Assembly (NCBI GenBank): GCA_018238155.1
Contig: JABCTZ010000026.1
Location: forward strand, 32,001-96,000
DNA: 64,000 nucleotides
Reading direction: 5' to 3'
From: Candidatus Heimdallarchaeota archaeon
GTDB lineage: Archaea > Asgardarchaeota > Heimdallarchaeia > JABLTI01
Position 1 is the stretch's first letter, and each line of letters starts with the position of its first letter. Below are positions 1-8,944 of this stretch, one piece after another. The translations under genes were made by a program, and so were the position numbers. The notes under the pieces are model-generated. The model was not told the origin of the DNA. It searched no databases and worked only from the letters and a program-made list of their open reading frames with translations.

Positions 1-297
1 GTGATCAATATTGCTAAGACCATTATTAATAATCCTAAGAAAAGTCTGAAACAAGCACTTTCAGATTTGAAAATAAGGAAGATTTCTAAAACGGAGCTCC
101 AAAAATTATTTACTGAAGCATTGAGTCAACTTACGAAATTTAAAAACGAAAAAATATCTGTTAAAGATGGTTCAATAAACAACCGGATAGCAGATAAAAT
201 TACTGGTACTATTATGAGAAGAACAAATGGAAGTATATCAGGAAAGACGGTCTACGATTTTGTCTTGAAAAATTTGGAGGGTAAAACCAGTAATTAA
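1..297 (+). CDS. gatE: Glu-tRNA(Gln) amidotransferase subunit E, C-terminal end (gene begins before window)
   Basis: Ends in ITGTIMRRTNGSISGKTVYDFV, similar to the GatE/GatB Yqey-like tail (MG..M...RG...GK.V); directly upstream of gatD. Confidence 0.7.
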   Translation: MINIAKTIINNPKKSLKQALSDLKIRKISKTELQKLFTEALSQLTKFKNEKISVKDGSINNRIADKITGTIMRRTNGSISGKTVYDFVLKNLEGKTSN

Positions 298-311
298 TTG
301 AGGTGTCTACC

Positions 312-1778
312 ATGGTAAAGAAGAATAGTGAAACAAAAAAAGAAGAGCAAAAAGCTGTTCGTGAACCAACAGGGTATCGTGGAAACCTTCGCACAAGATT
401 AGAAAAGGAGGGTATTGGTGTCTGGAGCCAAGTTCGTGTTAAAAAAGGAAACGCCCTTTACGAAGGTGTTATTCTCCCTAGAAGTCAACATACAACAGAA
501 GGGTATCTTGTCTTAAAAGTAGATACCGGTTATAATATTGGTGTAAAAATAACTAAGGATACAACAATAGAAGAATACGGTTACAAAGAAGGAAAATACA
601 AACTACCGGACATTAGTGTTACATTCAAAGATCATTTACCAAATGTTACTTTACTAGGAACGGGCGGGACAGTTGCATCTCGTCTTGATTATAGAACAGG
701 AGCAGTATTACCAGCTTTTACTCCTGAGGAATTATTTAGTGCTGTTCCAGAGTTAATTGATATTTGTAATTTAACACCGAAGAAAATCTACTCGCTTCTT
801 TCTGAGAACTTCAAACCAGAATTCTGGGTTAAAACTGCCGAAGCGGTTATGAAAGAATTCAAGAGTGGAGCGAATGGTGTTATTATTGGTCATGGAACAG
901 ACACAATGTCGTATACGGGCTCAGCTCTTTCATTTATGTTCCAAAATTTAGCCGCACCGGTTGTCCTTGTGGGATCTCAACGGAGTAGTGATAGACCTTC
1001 AAGTGATGGTCCACTCAATATCATTAATGCAAGTCATATTGCAGGTTATGCTGACCTTGCTGAAGTTGTTCTTTGTATGCATGGTGGAACAAGCGACTCG
1101 TACAATCTCATCCATAGAGGAACGCGAGTAAGAAAGATGCACTCAAGTCGTCGAGATGCTTTTAGAACTATTAGTGATATTCCTCTAGGAGTTATCGATG
1201 CAAACCAAAAAGTCACCTTCCTTAAAGATGATGTGAAACGAAGAGGAGACATTGCTGATACTTATATTGACACAAAAATTGATCCAAAAGTCACTATTCT
1301 CTATTTCTACCCTGGAATGAATCCAGATACACTTGATGCAATTATCGATAAAAAATATCATGGAGTTGTTTTCGTTGGCACGGGACTTGGACATGTAAAT
1401 ACCGATATGTACCCTGCTCTCGAGAGAGCTCAAGAAGAAGAAATACCTATTTGTATCGTTGTCGAACCGCTCTACGGATTTACAAATCTTAGAGTCTATG
1501 AAACAGGTAGAGATATGTTAGCGAAAGGAGTATTCGAAGGAGCTAATATGCTTCCAAGTACTGCTTATGCTAAAATGATTTGGACATTAGGACATACTCG
1601 AGATGTTAAAGAAGTTGAAAAAATAATGACAACCAATATTGCTGGCGAAATAACCAACAAAGAAATGAATAAAGGTTATATGCTTATGCAAGGAGTCGAA
1701 CCTGGTCTTGATGAACTTCTTAAAAAGATCAATCCTAATCCAAGAGAACACACTTGGCCGGGAAGCAACGAAAACTAA
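312..1778 (+). CDS. gatD: Glu-tRNA(Gln) amidotransferase subunit D
   Basis: GTGGTVASRLDYRTGAV, HGTDTM, GSQRSSDRPSSD and RKMHSSRRDAF motifs; N-terminal LKVDTGYNIGV; SD GAGGTG precedes ATG at 312. Confidence 0.95.
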   Translation: MVKKNSETKKEEQKAVREPTGYRGNLRTRLEKEGIGVWSQVRVKKGNALYEGVILPRSQHTTEGYLVLKVDTGYNIGVKITKDTTIEEYGYKEGKYKLPDISVTFKDHLPNVTLLGTGGTVASRLDYRTGAVLPAFTPEELFSAVPELIDICNLTPKKIYSLLSENFKPEFWVKTAEAVMKEFKSGANGVIIGHGTDTMSYTGSALSFMFQNLAAPVVLVGSQRSSDRPSSDGPLNIINASHIAGYADLAEVVLCMHGGTSDSYNLIHRGTRVRKMHSSRRDAFRTISDIPLGVIDANQKVTFLKDDVKRRGDIADTYIDTKIDPKVTILYFYPGMNPDTLDAIIDKKYHGVVFVGTGLGHVNTDMYPALERAQEEEIPICIVVEPLYGFTNLRVYETGRDMLAKGVFEGANMLPSTAYAKMIWTLGHTRDVKEVEKIMTTNIAGEITNKEMNKGYMLMQGVEPGLDELLKKINPNPREHTWPGSNEN

Positions 1779-1787
1779 ACAAAATTA

Positions 1788-1815
1788 GATATAACTTAAC
1801 AACTAAAGTTATATC
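1788..1815 (+). terminator. Hairpin after gatD
   Basis: Perfect 10-bp inverted repeat GATATAACTT / AAGTTATATC starting 10 nt after the stop codon. Confidence 0.45.
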
Positions 1816-1982
1816 GCCCCCTCATTTTAGAATCTTTTAAATATAGACTCATTTTTCATACATTGTAAGAAAGTATCTATTTAAACATAGAAAGGATACT
1901 TTTATTGGGAAATATCAGAAACAGCTTATCAATACATGCCCAAGTTAATAATTTCTTAAAAAAAAACACGGAATGATCTATC

Positions 1983-2480
1983 ATGGCTTTAATTAGTAAA
2001 AAATTCAATGATGCTTTGAACAAGCAAATAAAAGAAGAATTAGATTCAGGCTATCTATACCTTAGTATGTCCTACTGGCTTGAGGAAAAAGCCTACCATA
2101 ATTTAGCAAATTGGTATTATCTTCAAGCACAAGAAGAATATATACATGCAAAGAAATTCATGGATTATATTGTTGAAACAGGTGGAATTGTTGAATTATT
2201 GGGATTAGCAAAACCAAAGAGTGATTGGGAATCAATAAAACAAATTATTGATGCAGGTTATAAACACGAACAACATATCACTGGCAAAATTGTCGCTTTA
2301 GTAAAGCTTTCAGAAGAAATCAGCGAATTCCAAGCTAGAACTTTGCTCCAATGGTTCATTGATGAACAAATAGAAGAAGAAGCTAATGCAACTGAACTTA
2401 TTGACAAACATGCTGGATACAAGAACGATATGCTCTTTGATCAACATACTCAACGAGTAGCAGCAACACCATCAGAATAA
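1983..2480 (+). CDS. ftnA: Non-haem ferritin
   Basis: LNKQIKEELDSGYLYLSMS, QAQEEYIHAKK, HEQHIT and LQWFIDEQIEEE ferroxidase-centre motifs. Confidence 0.92.
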   Translation: MALISKKFNDALNKQIKEELDSGYLYLSMSYWLEEKAYHNLANWYYLQAQEEYIHAKKFMDYIVETGGIVELLGLAKPKSDWESIKQIIDAGYKHEQHITGKIVALVKLSEEISEFQARTLLQWFIDEQIEEEANATELIDKHAGYKNDMLFDQHTQRVAATPSE

Positions 2481-2507
2481 ACTGATTATCACTCTGCTTA
2501 TCAAATT

Positions 2508-2548
2508 GGATAACGAAATTCTTTCGTTTTCCTTCTATTTCTTTTATA
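2508..2548 (+). terminator. Terminator-like hairpin plus T-rich tract after ferritin
   Basis: GGATAACGAAA-TTC-TTTCGTTTTCC followed by TTCTATTTCTTTTAT. Confidence 0.5.
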
Positions 2549-2588
2549 GCTTATTTTTCAAATAAAACTTATAACTACAAAGTACGCC

Positions 2589-2606
2589 TTTTAGGTTAGC
2601 CAAAAA
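2589..2606. promoter_or_regulatory. Possible DtxR/SirR-family operator
   Basis: TTTTAGGTTAGCCAAAAA is an imperfect palindrome matching TTAGG-N4-CCTAA with one mismatch, downstream of a TATA-like CTTATAA (~2568-2574). Confidence 0.35.
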
Positions 2607-2634
2607 TTTAGTAAAACTCGGGGATTAAGAACAA

Positions 2635-5241
2635 ATGTTAAAGAATCTCACTAAAGCTGAAATTGAAACAATTTATAATGAATATCAAGAGATTCGAGAT
2701 GAAATAATTAAAGATATACGATCTGACCTTTATGGTAAAAGAGTAATACAATACATACAGCACTTACTTTTTGCTTTGTTCATGATTCCTACTCTAACTA
2801 AAAACCACTTGATCAAAAGTAATGAAAAAATGAAATGCTCTTCAGAAGTAATTTTCAACAGCATATTGAATAGCCGAGATAAAAAGGAAAATTTACATGC
2901 ATTATTTACTTCTTTTGGAAAAAACCAAAAAAGAACCTCATATATAATTGAGGATAAAGAACTTATAATTCAGCTACCAATTGAAATCAGAGGTTGGTTT
3001 TCAAAAGCCTACTATAAAGAGAGAAATTATTTTGACGATTTAGAAATTTGTAAACTAGTTAAATTTTCTTTTGAAAAAATAAAACAATACGGTAGCAATG
3101 TTACTGAATCTTTCAGCACTATTTTTGAAAGAGATATGAACTATTACGACTTTCTATCATCAGAAGAAAAAGAAGATAAAGAAAAGATAAAAATCACCCG
3201 TCAATTAACAGGTAGAAGAAAAAAAGGTGTTTTCTATACGCCACCAGAGATTGCTAAATATATGACCGAAAAAGTTATTCTTTCACTTCTTAGTAAAAAA
3301 ATGACCATCTCAAGAAAAGAACTGGAAGATATAAAAGAAATTGACAATAATAAAACTCTCAAAACAATGTATAATGTCCTTTCTAATCTTAGAATTCTAG
3401 ATATTACTTGTGGTTCTGGAGAATTTTTGCTTGCAACTGCTAGAATTTTATTTGAATTACAAAAAAACATTGCCGGAAAATTGTCATTAAAAGTTTCTGA
3501 TGCAGAACTTAAGAAAGTCATTATTGAAAGTAATTTATTTGGTGCTGATTTGATAAATGAAGCACTTTCAATTTCAAGAATAAATTTGTGGTTATGGTTT
3601 ATTTCAAATCGTGAAGATGCAACTTTCGATTCGTTGCCTTCTATTGATTTAAATTTCAATTTAGTGTCAGGGAACAGTCTAATCGGTTTCGTAAATAATC
3701 ACTTGATTGGAAAAGAGAAAATCAATGAAGCATTTATGCACTATCTTAATGAGAAAAGCAAGAAAAATAATTTTACTATTGACGAATTGCTAGAAATGAA
3801 CCCATTACATTGGAGTGAAAAATTTCAATCCAGTATAGCAGAAGGTGGTTTTGATTTAGTTATTGGTAATCCACCTTATATTGAAATCAAAAAGATGAGA
3901 AATAAAAGAGAGAAAGAGATTTTTTCTCAAGAATATTATTCTGCATACAAATTGTATGATATTGCAATTTTATTCATTGAACGTGGTTTACAATTATTAA
4001 AAGAAAAAGGTCATCTTTCGTTTATTATTACCAATAAATTTCTCTCAACTGATTTTGGAAAAAATATCAGAGAGATTATTCTCACTCAATCTAAAATACA
4101 TTCGATTATTGATGTTTCATATTTACCTGTTTTTCAAGATGCTTCGATTTATCCTATTATTTTAACGATTGAAAAAGCAGTATCTCAAGACAGAGAAGTA
4201 AATCTTGCAAATCGTTTCTATGTTTCATCTAAAATAGAAGAATTAAATGAGTTACATTCTGATTCATTCGAAAAATATTTTAGAAAACAGATTGAGTTTT
4301 TTGAACTCCCGAAAATGATTTTTAATATTTCAGCAAATCTTGAACTAATACAATCGATCATGAATAATCCCTTAACAAAAAAATTAGATTCGTATGGGAA
4401 ATTTGCTTATCGTGTTTTAGGTTTCACAGATTGGAACAAAAATGTTAAACAAATCACTGAAAATCCTAAATCGAATGGAGATTTTAGAATTATTGGAACA
4501 GCAAATATTTCACCTTATTCTATCAACTTTCAAAAACCAGTTCGATTATCTAAAGTAAAGTTTGAAAATCCATTTCTTAAAATTGAAAATAAGAAGCATA
4601 CAGATCTTTTCAGTAAGCCTAAATTACTAATAAAAGAAGTTGCAAAAGAATTAACAGTAGCATATGATCCTGGAGTTTTCGCAAACTTAACTGGTATGTA
4701 TATGTTTTATCCACACAATCCGGACTTAATGAAAACGCTTACTTTGATTCTGAATTCTGATATTTTAAATGTAATCTTTTCATCATTATATAGTAGCACA
4801 CATCTTGCGGGAGGATATCTCCGATTTAATGGTAGCTATCTCAAAGAACTCCCAATAATAATTCCTGAGGATGCAAAGTTACAAAATATTTTAACAAAAC
4901 TAGCTAATTATCAATTATTTTTAACCCAGAATCAGAAATTAAATGAAATCACAGAAGTGGGAGATGCAATATTATTCCTTAAGAGTCTGAGCGATTTTCT
5001 TGTTGATTCAATATATTTTGAAAGAGAATTAGATTCAGGACTGATAACAACACTGAATTCAAGTCTAATAGAAATAAATTATGAAAATTGGTTTCTTGAA
5101 CTATTTACTGATTATTCTACTAGGTTTGATACTAACTATCTCAAGAGTGAAAATAACTTGAATATACTCAAGAAAATTCTTTCTTCATGTAAAAAATTAG
5201 AAGAAGAAAATGATATTATTGTTGAATTAATCAGTTTTTAA
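2635..5241 (+). CDS. N6-adenine DNA methyltransferase, Eco57I/TaqI-like (gamma class) with C-terminal target-recognition domain
   Basis: GVFYTP, ILDITCGSGEFL (motif I), GNSL, GGFDLVIGNPPY (motif IV) and a TaqI_C-like tail (KPKLLIKEVAKELTVAYD, LILNS, LKELPI). Confidence 0.88.
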   Translation: MLKNLTKAEIETIYNEYQEIRDEIIKDIRSDLYGKRVIQYIQHLLFALFMIPTLTKNHLIKSNEKMKCSSEVIFNSILNSRDKKENLHALFTSFGKNQKRTSYIIEDKELIIQLPIEIRGWFSKAYYKERNYFDDLEICKLVKFSFEKIKQYGSNVTESFSTIFERDMNYYDFLSSEEKEDKEKIKITRQLTGRRKKGVFYTPPEIAKYMTEKVILSLLSKKMTISRKELEDIKEIDNNKTLKTMYNVLSNLRILDITCGSGEFLLATARILFELQKNIAGKLSLKVSDAELKKVIIESNLFGADLINEALSISRINLWLWFISNREDATFDSLPSIDLNFNLVSGNSLIGFVNNHLIGKEKINEAFMHYLNEKSKKNNFTIDELLEMNPLHWSEKFQSSIAEGGFDLVIGNPPYIEIKKMRNKREKEIFSQEYYSAYKLYDIAILFIERGLQLLKEKGHLSFIITNKFLSTDFGKNIREIILTQSKIHSIIDVSYLPVFQDASIYPIILTIEKAVSQDREVNLANRFYVSSKIEELNELHSDSFEKYFRKQIEFFELPKMIFNISANLELIQSIMNNPLTKKLDSYGKFAYRVLGFTDWNKNVKQITENPKSNGDFRIIGTANISPYSINFQKPVRLSKVKFENPFLKIENKKHTDLFSKPKLLIKEVAKELTVAYDPGVFANLTGMYMFYPHNPDLMKTLTLILNSDILNVIFSSLYSSTHLAGGYLRFNGSYLKELPIIIPEDAKLQNILTKLANYQLFLTQNQKLNEITEVGDAILFLKSLSDFLVDSIYFERELDSGLITTLNSSLIEINYENWFLELFTDYSTRFDTNYLKSENNLNILKKILSSCKKLEEENDIIVELISF

Positions 5242-5281
5242 TTCTTTAAATGGAATTCCGAAATATTATAAATCAGCTGGT

Positions 5282-5623
5282 TTACTCTTCTTTATTCGCT
5301 AACACAAAACGTAACACAGCAAGTGCATGATTTGTTGTTGTGTCAAATACAGGAATAATTGAATCCTCTTGTTTAATCAAAAGAGGTATTTCTGTGCAAC
5401 CTAAAATAACTCCTTGAGCACCGTTTTCTTGTAATTTATTGATTATCTCGAGAGAGATTTCTTTTGATTCTTGAGTAATTGTATGATAAACTAGTTCCTC
5501 ATAGATGATTTTATCAATTAAGTTTTGATCTTCGAGTACGGGAATAATAACTTCGACATTGAATTTCTTCAAAGCTTCACAGCAATATCCAGTTTACAGT
5601 ATAAACCTTGTTATAAGTAGTCT
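5282..5623 (-). pseudogene. Decayed 3' half of an aspartate/glutamate racemase paralog
   Basis: About three-quarters identical to the C-terminus of 7261..7968; homology continues upstream as RLLITRFIL*TGYCCEALKKF (vs GLLGTRFTMQTGYYHKALKKF) with an in-frame TAA at 5594-5596; no 5' half. Confidence 0.85.
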
Positions 5624-5841
5624 CAAGATAATTTTTGAATTCCATAATAAATTAACAAAAATTTATTCTCGTTTTTCTGTCTCAGGAATATTAGAGAAAG
5701 CAGCTAAATAATGGTAATTATACCGATTGCAAGTAATGATAAGATTGTCTTATTTATCCTTAACGATTTTTAATATTGCCCAAATTACAGGCAAAAAAAT
5801 ACTCTTGGTAGGAATCATTCTGGTAGAAATAATTAGAAAAA

Positions 5842-7005
5842 CTAATTAATATTTCTAATTAACCAGGTATACAAATCATCTTTTTCTAGCAAATCCTTGA
5901 CATGATAATTTTCTTTTGGTATAACAAGATCCCAAGCGATGGTTTGAGTTTTTTCTTTCCTATTATCCAACATGGCAAAAAACAATTTCTGAAGTTTTGG
6001 ATTCTCTTTCATTATGTATTTTGCTTTTTCTTTTCTAGAATAAAAGTCATTTGCTTTTTGTAAAAGTCTCTGTGTCTCACGTTCAAATGAGCGTTTGTTT
6101 TTCTTTAGTGCTCTCACAACAAGTCGTACAATTGGTCTTAGTTCTTTGGGCGCATATTGAATTGTTTTTCTGATACTATTATCCTTTTGCAAAAGCTCAT
6201 GAATATGACTTAGATAAAGTTGAGTGAGAATCTTGTGTCTTACACGGTAATCACTAGACTTTATTTTTACCATCAATCCATTAGGGTATATCATTACAAA
6301 ACCCTCAAATGTCTTACCATTCTGTTTGTTTGCAAAAAGTATAGCGTCATTCACTGAATTAAAACTAAATTCCTTTGAGAATGGAATTTGAAGACGAGTA
6401 GCTTCCTTACTCGGTGAAGAATAAGTGCCAGAAACAGTATCTATAACAGCTAATAGATACAAACCTTTGTTAGCGTATGAAACAACTTGACGGCAACCAC
6501 GAAAAATTATTTCAAACAAATAAGTCTTTCCGGGGAGAAGATCATTTGGTGTGATTCCTAGTTTTCTAATCCACTTGGTAGCCCATCTTGATTCAAGATT
6601 ATCAAATGTCCCCCTTGTACATACAGAGAGATCTCCGTTAAGATTGTATAAAATACCTAAACAACCATCCAATTTATTGAAAAAAAGCGGAATATCATCT
6701 GGAAGATTTTCCAACATTGTCTCAGGACGCTCGTTTAAATTGAAGAATTTAGCAAATGGACGAGCTACAATAAAACCATCTGAATCCGTAATAAGACCTC
6801 TTGAAACTCGAGTGTAATCATTCCAAAGACAATCAAAATTGGTTTTTTTGGTGTAATTGTAAATATACAAATCTGCTAAAGGGTGTTTCTGACAAGTTAG
6901 CAAACCAGTTGCTACTCTTTCTTTCATCTCCTCACAATCAATCCTAACAGCGTTTTTCGTTGCATCGAATTTTATTATAGGAGAACCTGTATTTACATTG
7001 ACCAT
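5842..7005 (-). CDS. T4 RnlA/Rnl1-family ATP-dependent RNA ligase
   Basis: HP..DLYIYNYT, SRGLI...G.IVARPFAKFFNLNE, motif I KLDG, III YLFEII, IIIa LYLLAVID, IV FEGFVM, V MVKIKS. Confidence 0.85.
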   Translation of the reverse strand: MVNVNTGSPIIKFDATKNAVRIDCEEMKERVATGLLTCQKHPLADLYIYNYTKKTNFDCLWNDYTRVSRGLITDSDGFIVARPFAKFFNLNERPETMLENLPDDIPLFFNKLDGCLGILYNLNGDLSVCTRGTFDNLESRWATKWIRKLGITPNDLLPGKTYLFEIIFRGCRQVVSYANKGLYLLAVIDTVSGTYSSPSKEATRLQIPFSKEFSFNSVNDAILFANKQNGKTFEGFVMIYPNGLMVKIKSSDYRVRHKILTQLYLSHIHELLQKDNSIRKTIQYAPKELRPIVRLVVRALKKNKRSFERETQRLLQKANDFYSRKEKAKYIMKENPKLQKLFFAMLDNRKEKTQTIAWDLVIPKENYHVKDLLEKDDLYTWLIRNIN

Positions 7006-7260
7006 TTCTCTATCACTAACATAAAATTATTTACGAAATTATTTAAAGAATTTGTTTATAATAATTGTTTTTGAAATGGTGTCTGTCCTACTCAAAATCC
7101 AAATCAAAAATGCTGTAGAAATATGATGCCTTTTTTTGAGAAGTAGTGTTGAGAAATGAGATATTTCATAAAATGAATTTAAAGAAAGGGAAATTTAGAA
7201 AAATACTACCATAATGAATTTCCTTTTTCTTTACTAATAAAATTGAGTATTTTGTGATAG

Positions 7261-7968
7261 CTACTCTAATTTTTCTTCATCTGACAAAGCGAATTTTAAA
7301 ACTGCAAGAGCATGATTTGTAGCAGTATCAAAAACAGGAATAGGTGAATCCTCTTGTTTTACTAATAGAGGAATTTCTGTACAACCTAAGATCACCCCTT
7401 GTGCTCCACTTTTCTGTAGATTACCAATTATTTTCAAGTATGTTTTCTTAGATTCTTCTGTTATTGTGTGATAAACCAACTCTTCATAGATTATTTTGTC
7501 TATTAATTTTTGATCTTCAAGCTCAGGTACAATAACTTCAATACTGAATTTCTTCAAAGCTTTATGATAATAGCCGGTTTGCATTGTAAACCTTGTTCCA
7601 AGCAGACCTATTTTATTTATTTTCATCTCGAGTATTTTATGTGCTGTCGCGTCCATTATACTGATCATTGGAACAGAGGTACACTTTTGTAAATCTTCAA
7701 AAACAATATGAGGTGTATTCGTAGCCATTATAACAACTTCTGCTCCACCAGCTACCAAATTCTTCGCTGCTTGTTTTAGATTTGCCAACATTCCCGGATA
7801 ATTTTCATTTTGCATTTGATTAGTCAATGTTTCAAGATCTAAACTATCGATTATTATATCTGGAGAGGATAATCCACCTTTTATTTTGTTGTACTGTTGT
7901 ACTAACAAGCGATAATACTCAATTGTTGATTCTGAACTTAAACCACCAATAATACCAATTTTTTTCAT
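7261..7968 (-). CDS. PLP-independent amino-acid (aspartate/glutamate family) racemase, YgeA-like
   Basis: MKKIGIIGGLSSEST, ATNTPH, GLLGTRFTM, GVILGCTEIPLL; start refined to the ATG at 7968. Confidence 0.9.
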   Translation of the reverse strand: MKKIGIIGGLSSESTIEYYRLLVQQYNKIKGGLSSPDIIIDSLDLETLTNQMQNENYPGMLANLKQAAKNLVAGGAEVVIMATNTPHIVFEDLQKCTSVPMISIMDATAHKILEMKINKIGLLGTRFTMQTGYYHKALKKFSIEVIVPELEDQKLIDKIIYEELVYHTITEESKKTYLKIIGNLQKSGAQGVILGCTEIPLLVKQEDSPIPVFDTATNHALAVLKFALSDEEKLE

Positions 7969-7984
7969 TTCTTCAAGTCCTATA

Positions 7985-8593
7985 TTAACTAATATTCTTA
8001 CCATTATATATCGTTAAAGTCCATTTTTCTGTATCAGGTTGTAGAACAATTTCATTTAATTTACAATTCTCAAACCAGTCTATTTTTTCTGGATAAATTT
8101 GTAATGTGGAATCAAGGATATGAAATAATGATCCCCCATGTCCAACAATAAGAATGGTTCCTTTCGAATCATTCATTGATATTATATCAGTAAAAACATC
8201 CTTTATTCGGGCTTTCATTTCTTGACCATTTTCTCCTTCGGGTACTCTTTTTAAATCATCTTTCCAACATGAAACTAAAAAAGAATTATCTTCAGTAGTC
8301 ATTTCATCATTCCTACGCCCTTCATAAATTCCAAGATTGAATTCACGTAACCGCTCATCCGTTTTTATTGTATCAATTTGAAGTTTTTTACAAATTATTT
8401 CTGCTGTTGTTTTCGCTCGAGTGAGATCGGAGGAGTAAACCGAATCAAAAGAATACCCATTTTTAAGTAAAAAGTCACCCATTTCTTCAGCTTGTGTCAA
8501 ACCCAATTCTGAAAGGGGAAAATCTTGGTGCCCTTGAATGATTCTCTGGCGATTAGCTTCACTTTCTCCATGCCGTATCAAAACAATCTTCAT
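7985..8593 (-). CDS. Histidine phosphatase (phosphoglycerate mutase-like) family protein
   Basis: LIRHGES, YSSDLTRAKTTA, RLREFNLGIYEG, LIVGHGG. Confidence 0.9.
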   Translation of the reverse strand: MKIVLIRHGESEANRQRIIQGHQDFPLSELGLTQAEEMGDFLLKNGYSFDSVYSSDLTRAKTTAEIICKKLQIDTIKTDERLREFNLGIYEGRRNDEMTTEDNSFLVSCWKDDLKRVPEGENGQEMKARIKDVFTDIISMNDSKGTILIVGHGGSLFHILDSTLQIYPEKIDWFENCKLNEIVLQPDTEKWTLTIYNGKNIS

Positions 8594-8944
8594 ATTTGTT
8601 CCTCATTCTTAATTCATAAAAGATACTTATTAGTGAAAATTATTTATTTAAATCATTAACTATTATTACTTTTTATATGATTCATTGATAAAACAAGAAT
8701 TAATTAAAACCATCTCTAGAATTACTAAAAAAATACTTTGTTCTCTCAAAATCTATCTGACCTTTTCTAATATTGACAAATTTAGTGGTCAGACAAAGTG
8801 ACAGATTAAAAAGATGTCTTGGATCTTTTAGAATAACCTCTACAAGCACCTTAAGGGAGTTTTATGTGTGTGTTACAAAAGCTGAAGCTCAATCATAAGT
8901 ATTGAAATGTGCTTATTGCCCTTAATTTTTTCTTTGGAAATTAA

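Noticed and set aside
1870-1902. Canonical iron-responsive element before ferritin
   Set aside because: Loop is TTAAAC rather than CAGUGN and there is no 5' C-bulge; kept only as a generic hairpin
5842-7005. Provirus around the RNA ligase
   Set aside because: No integrase, capsid, terminase or replication genes nearby
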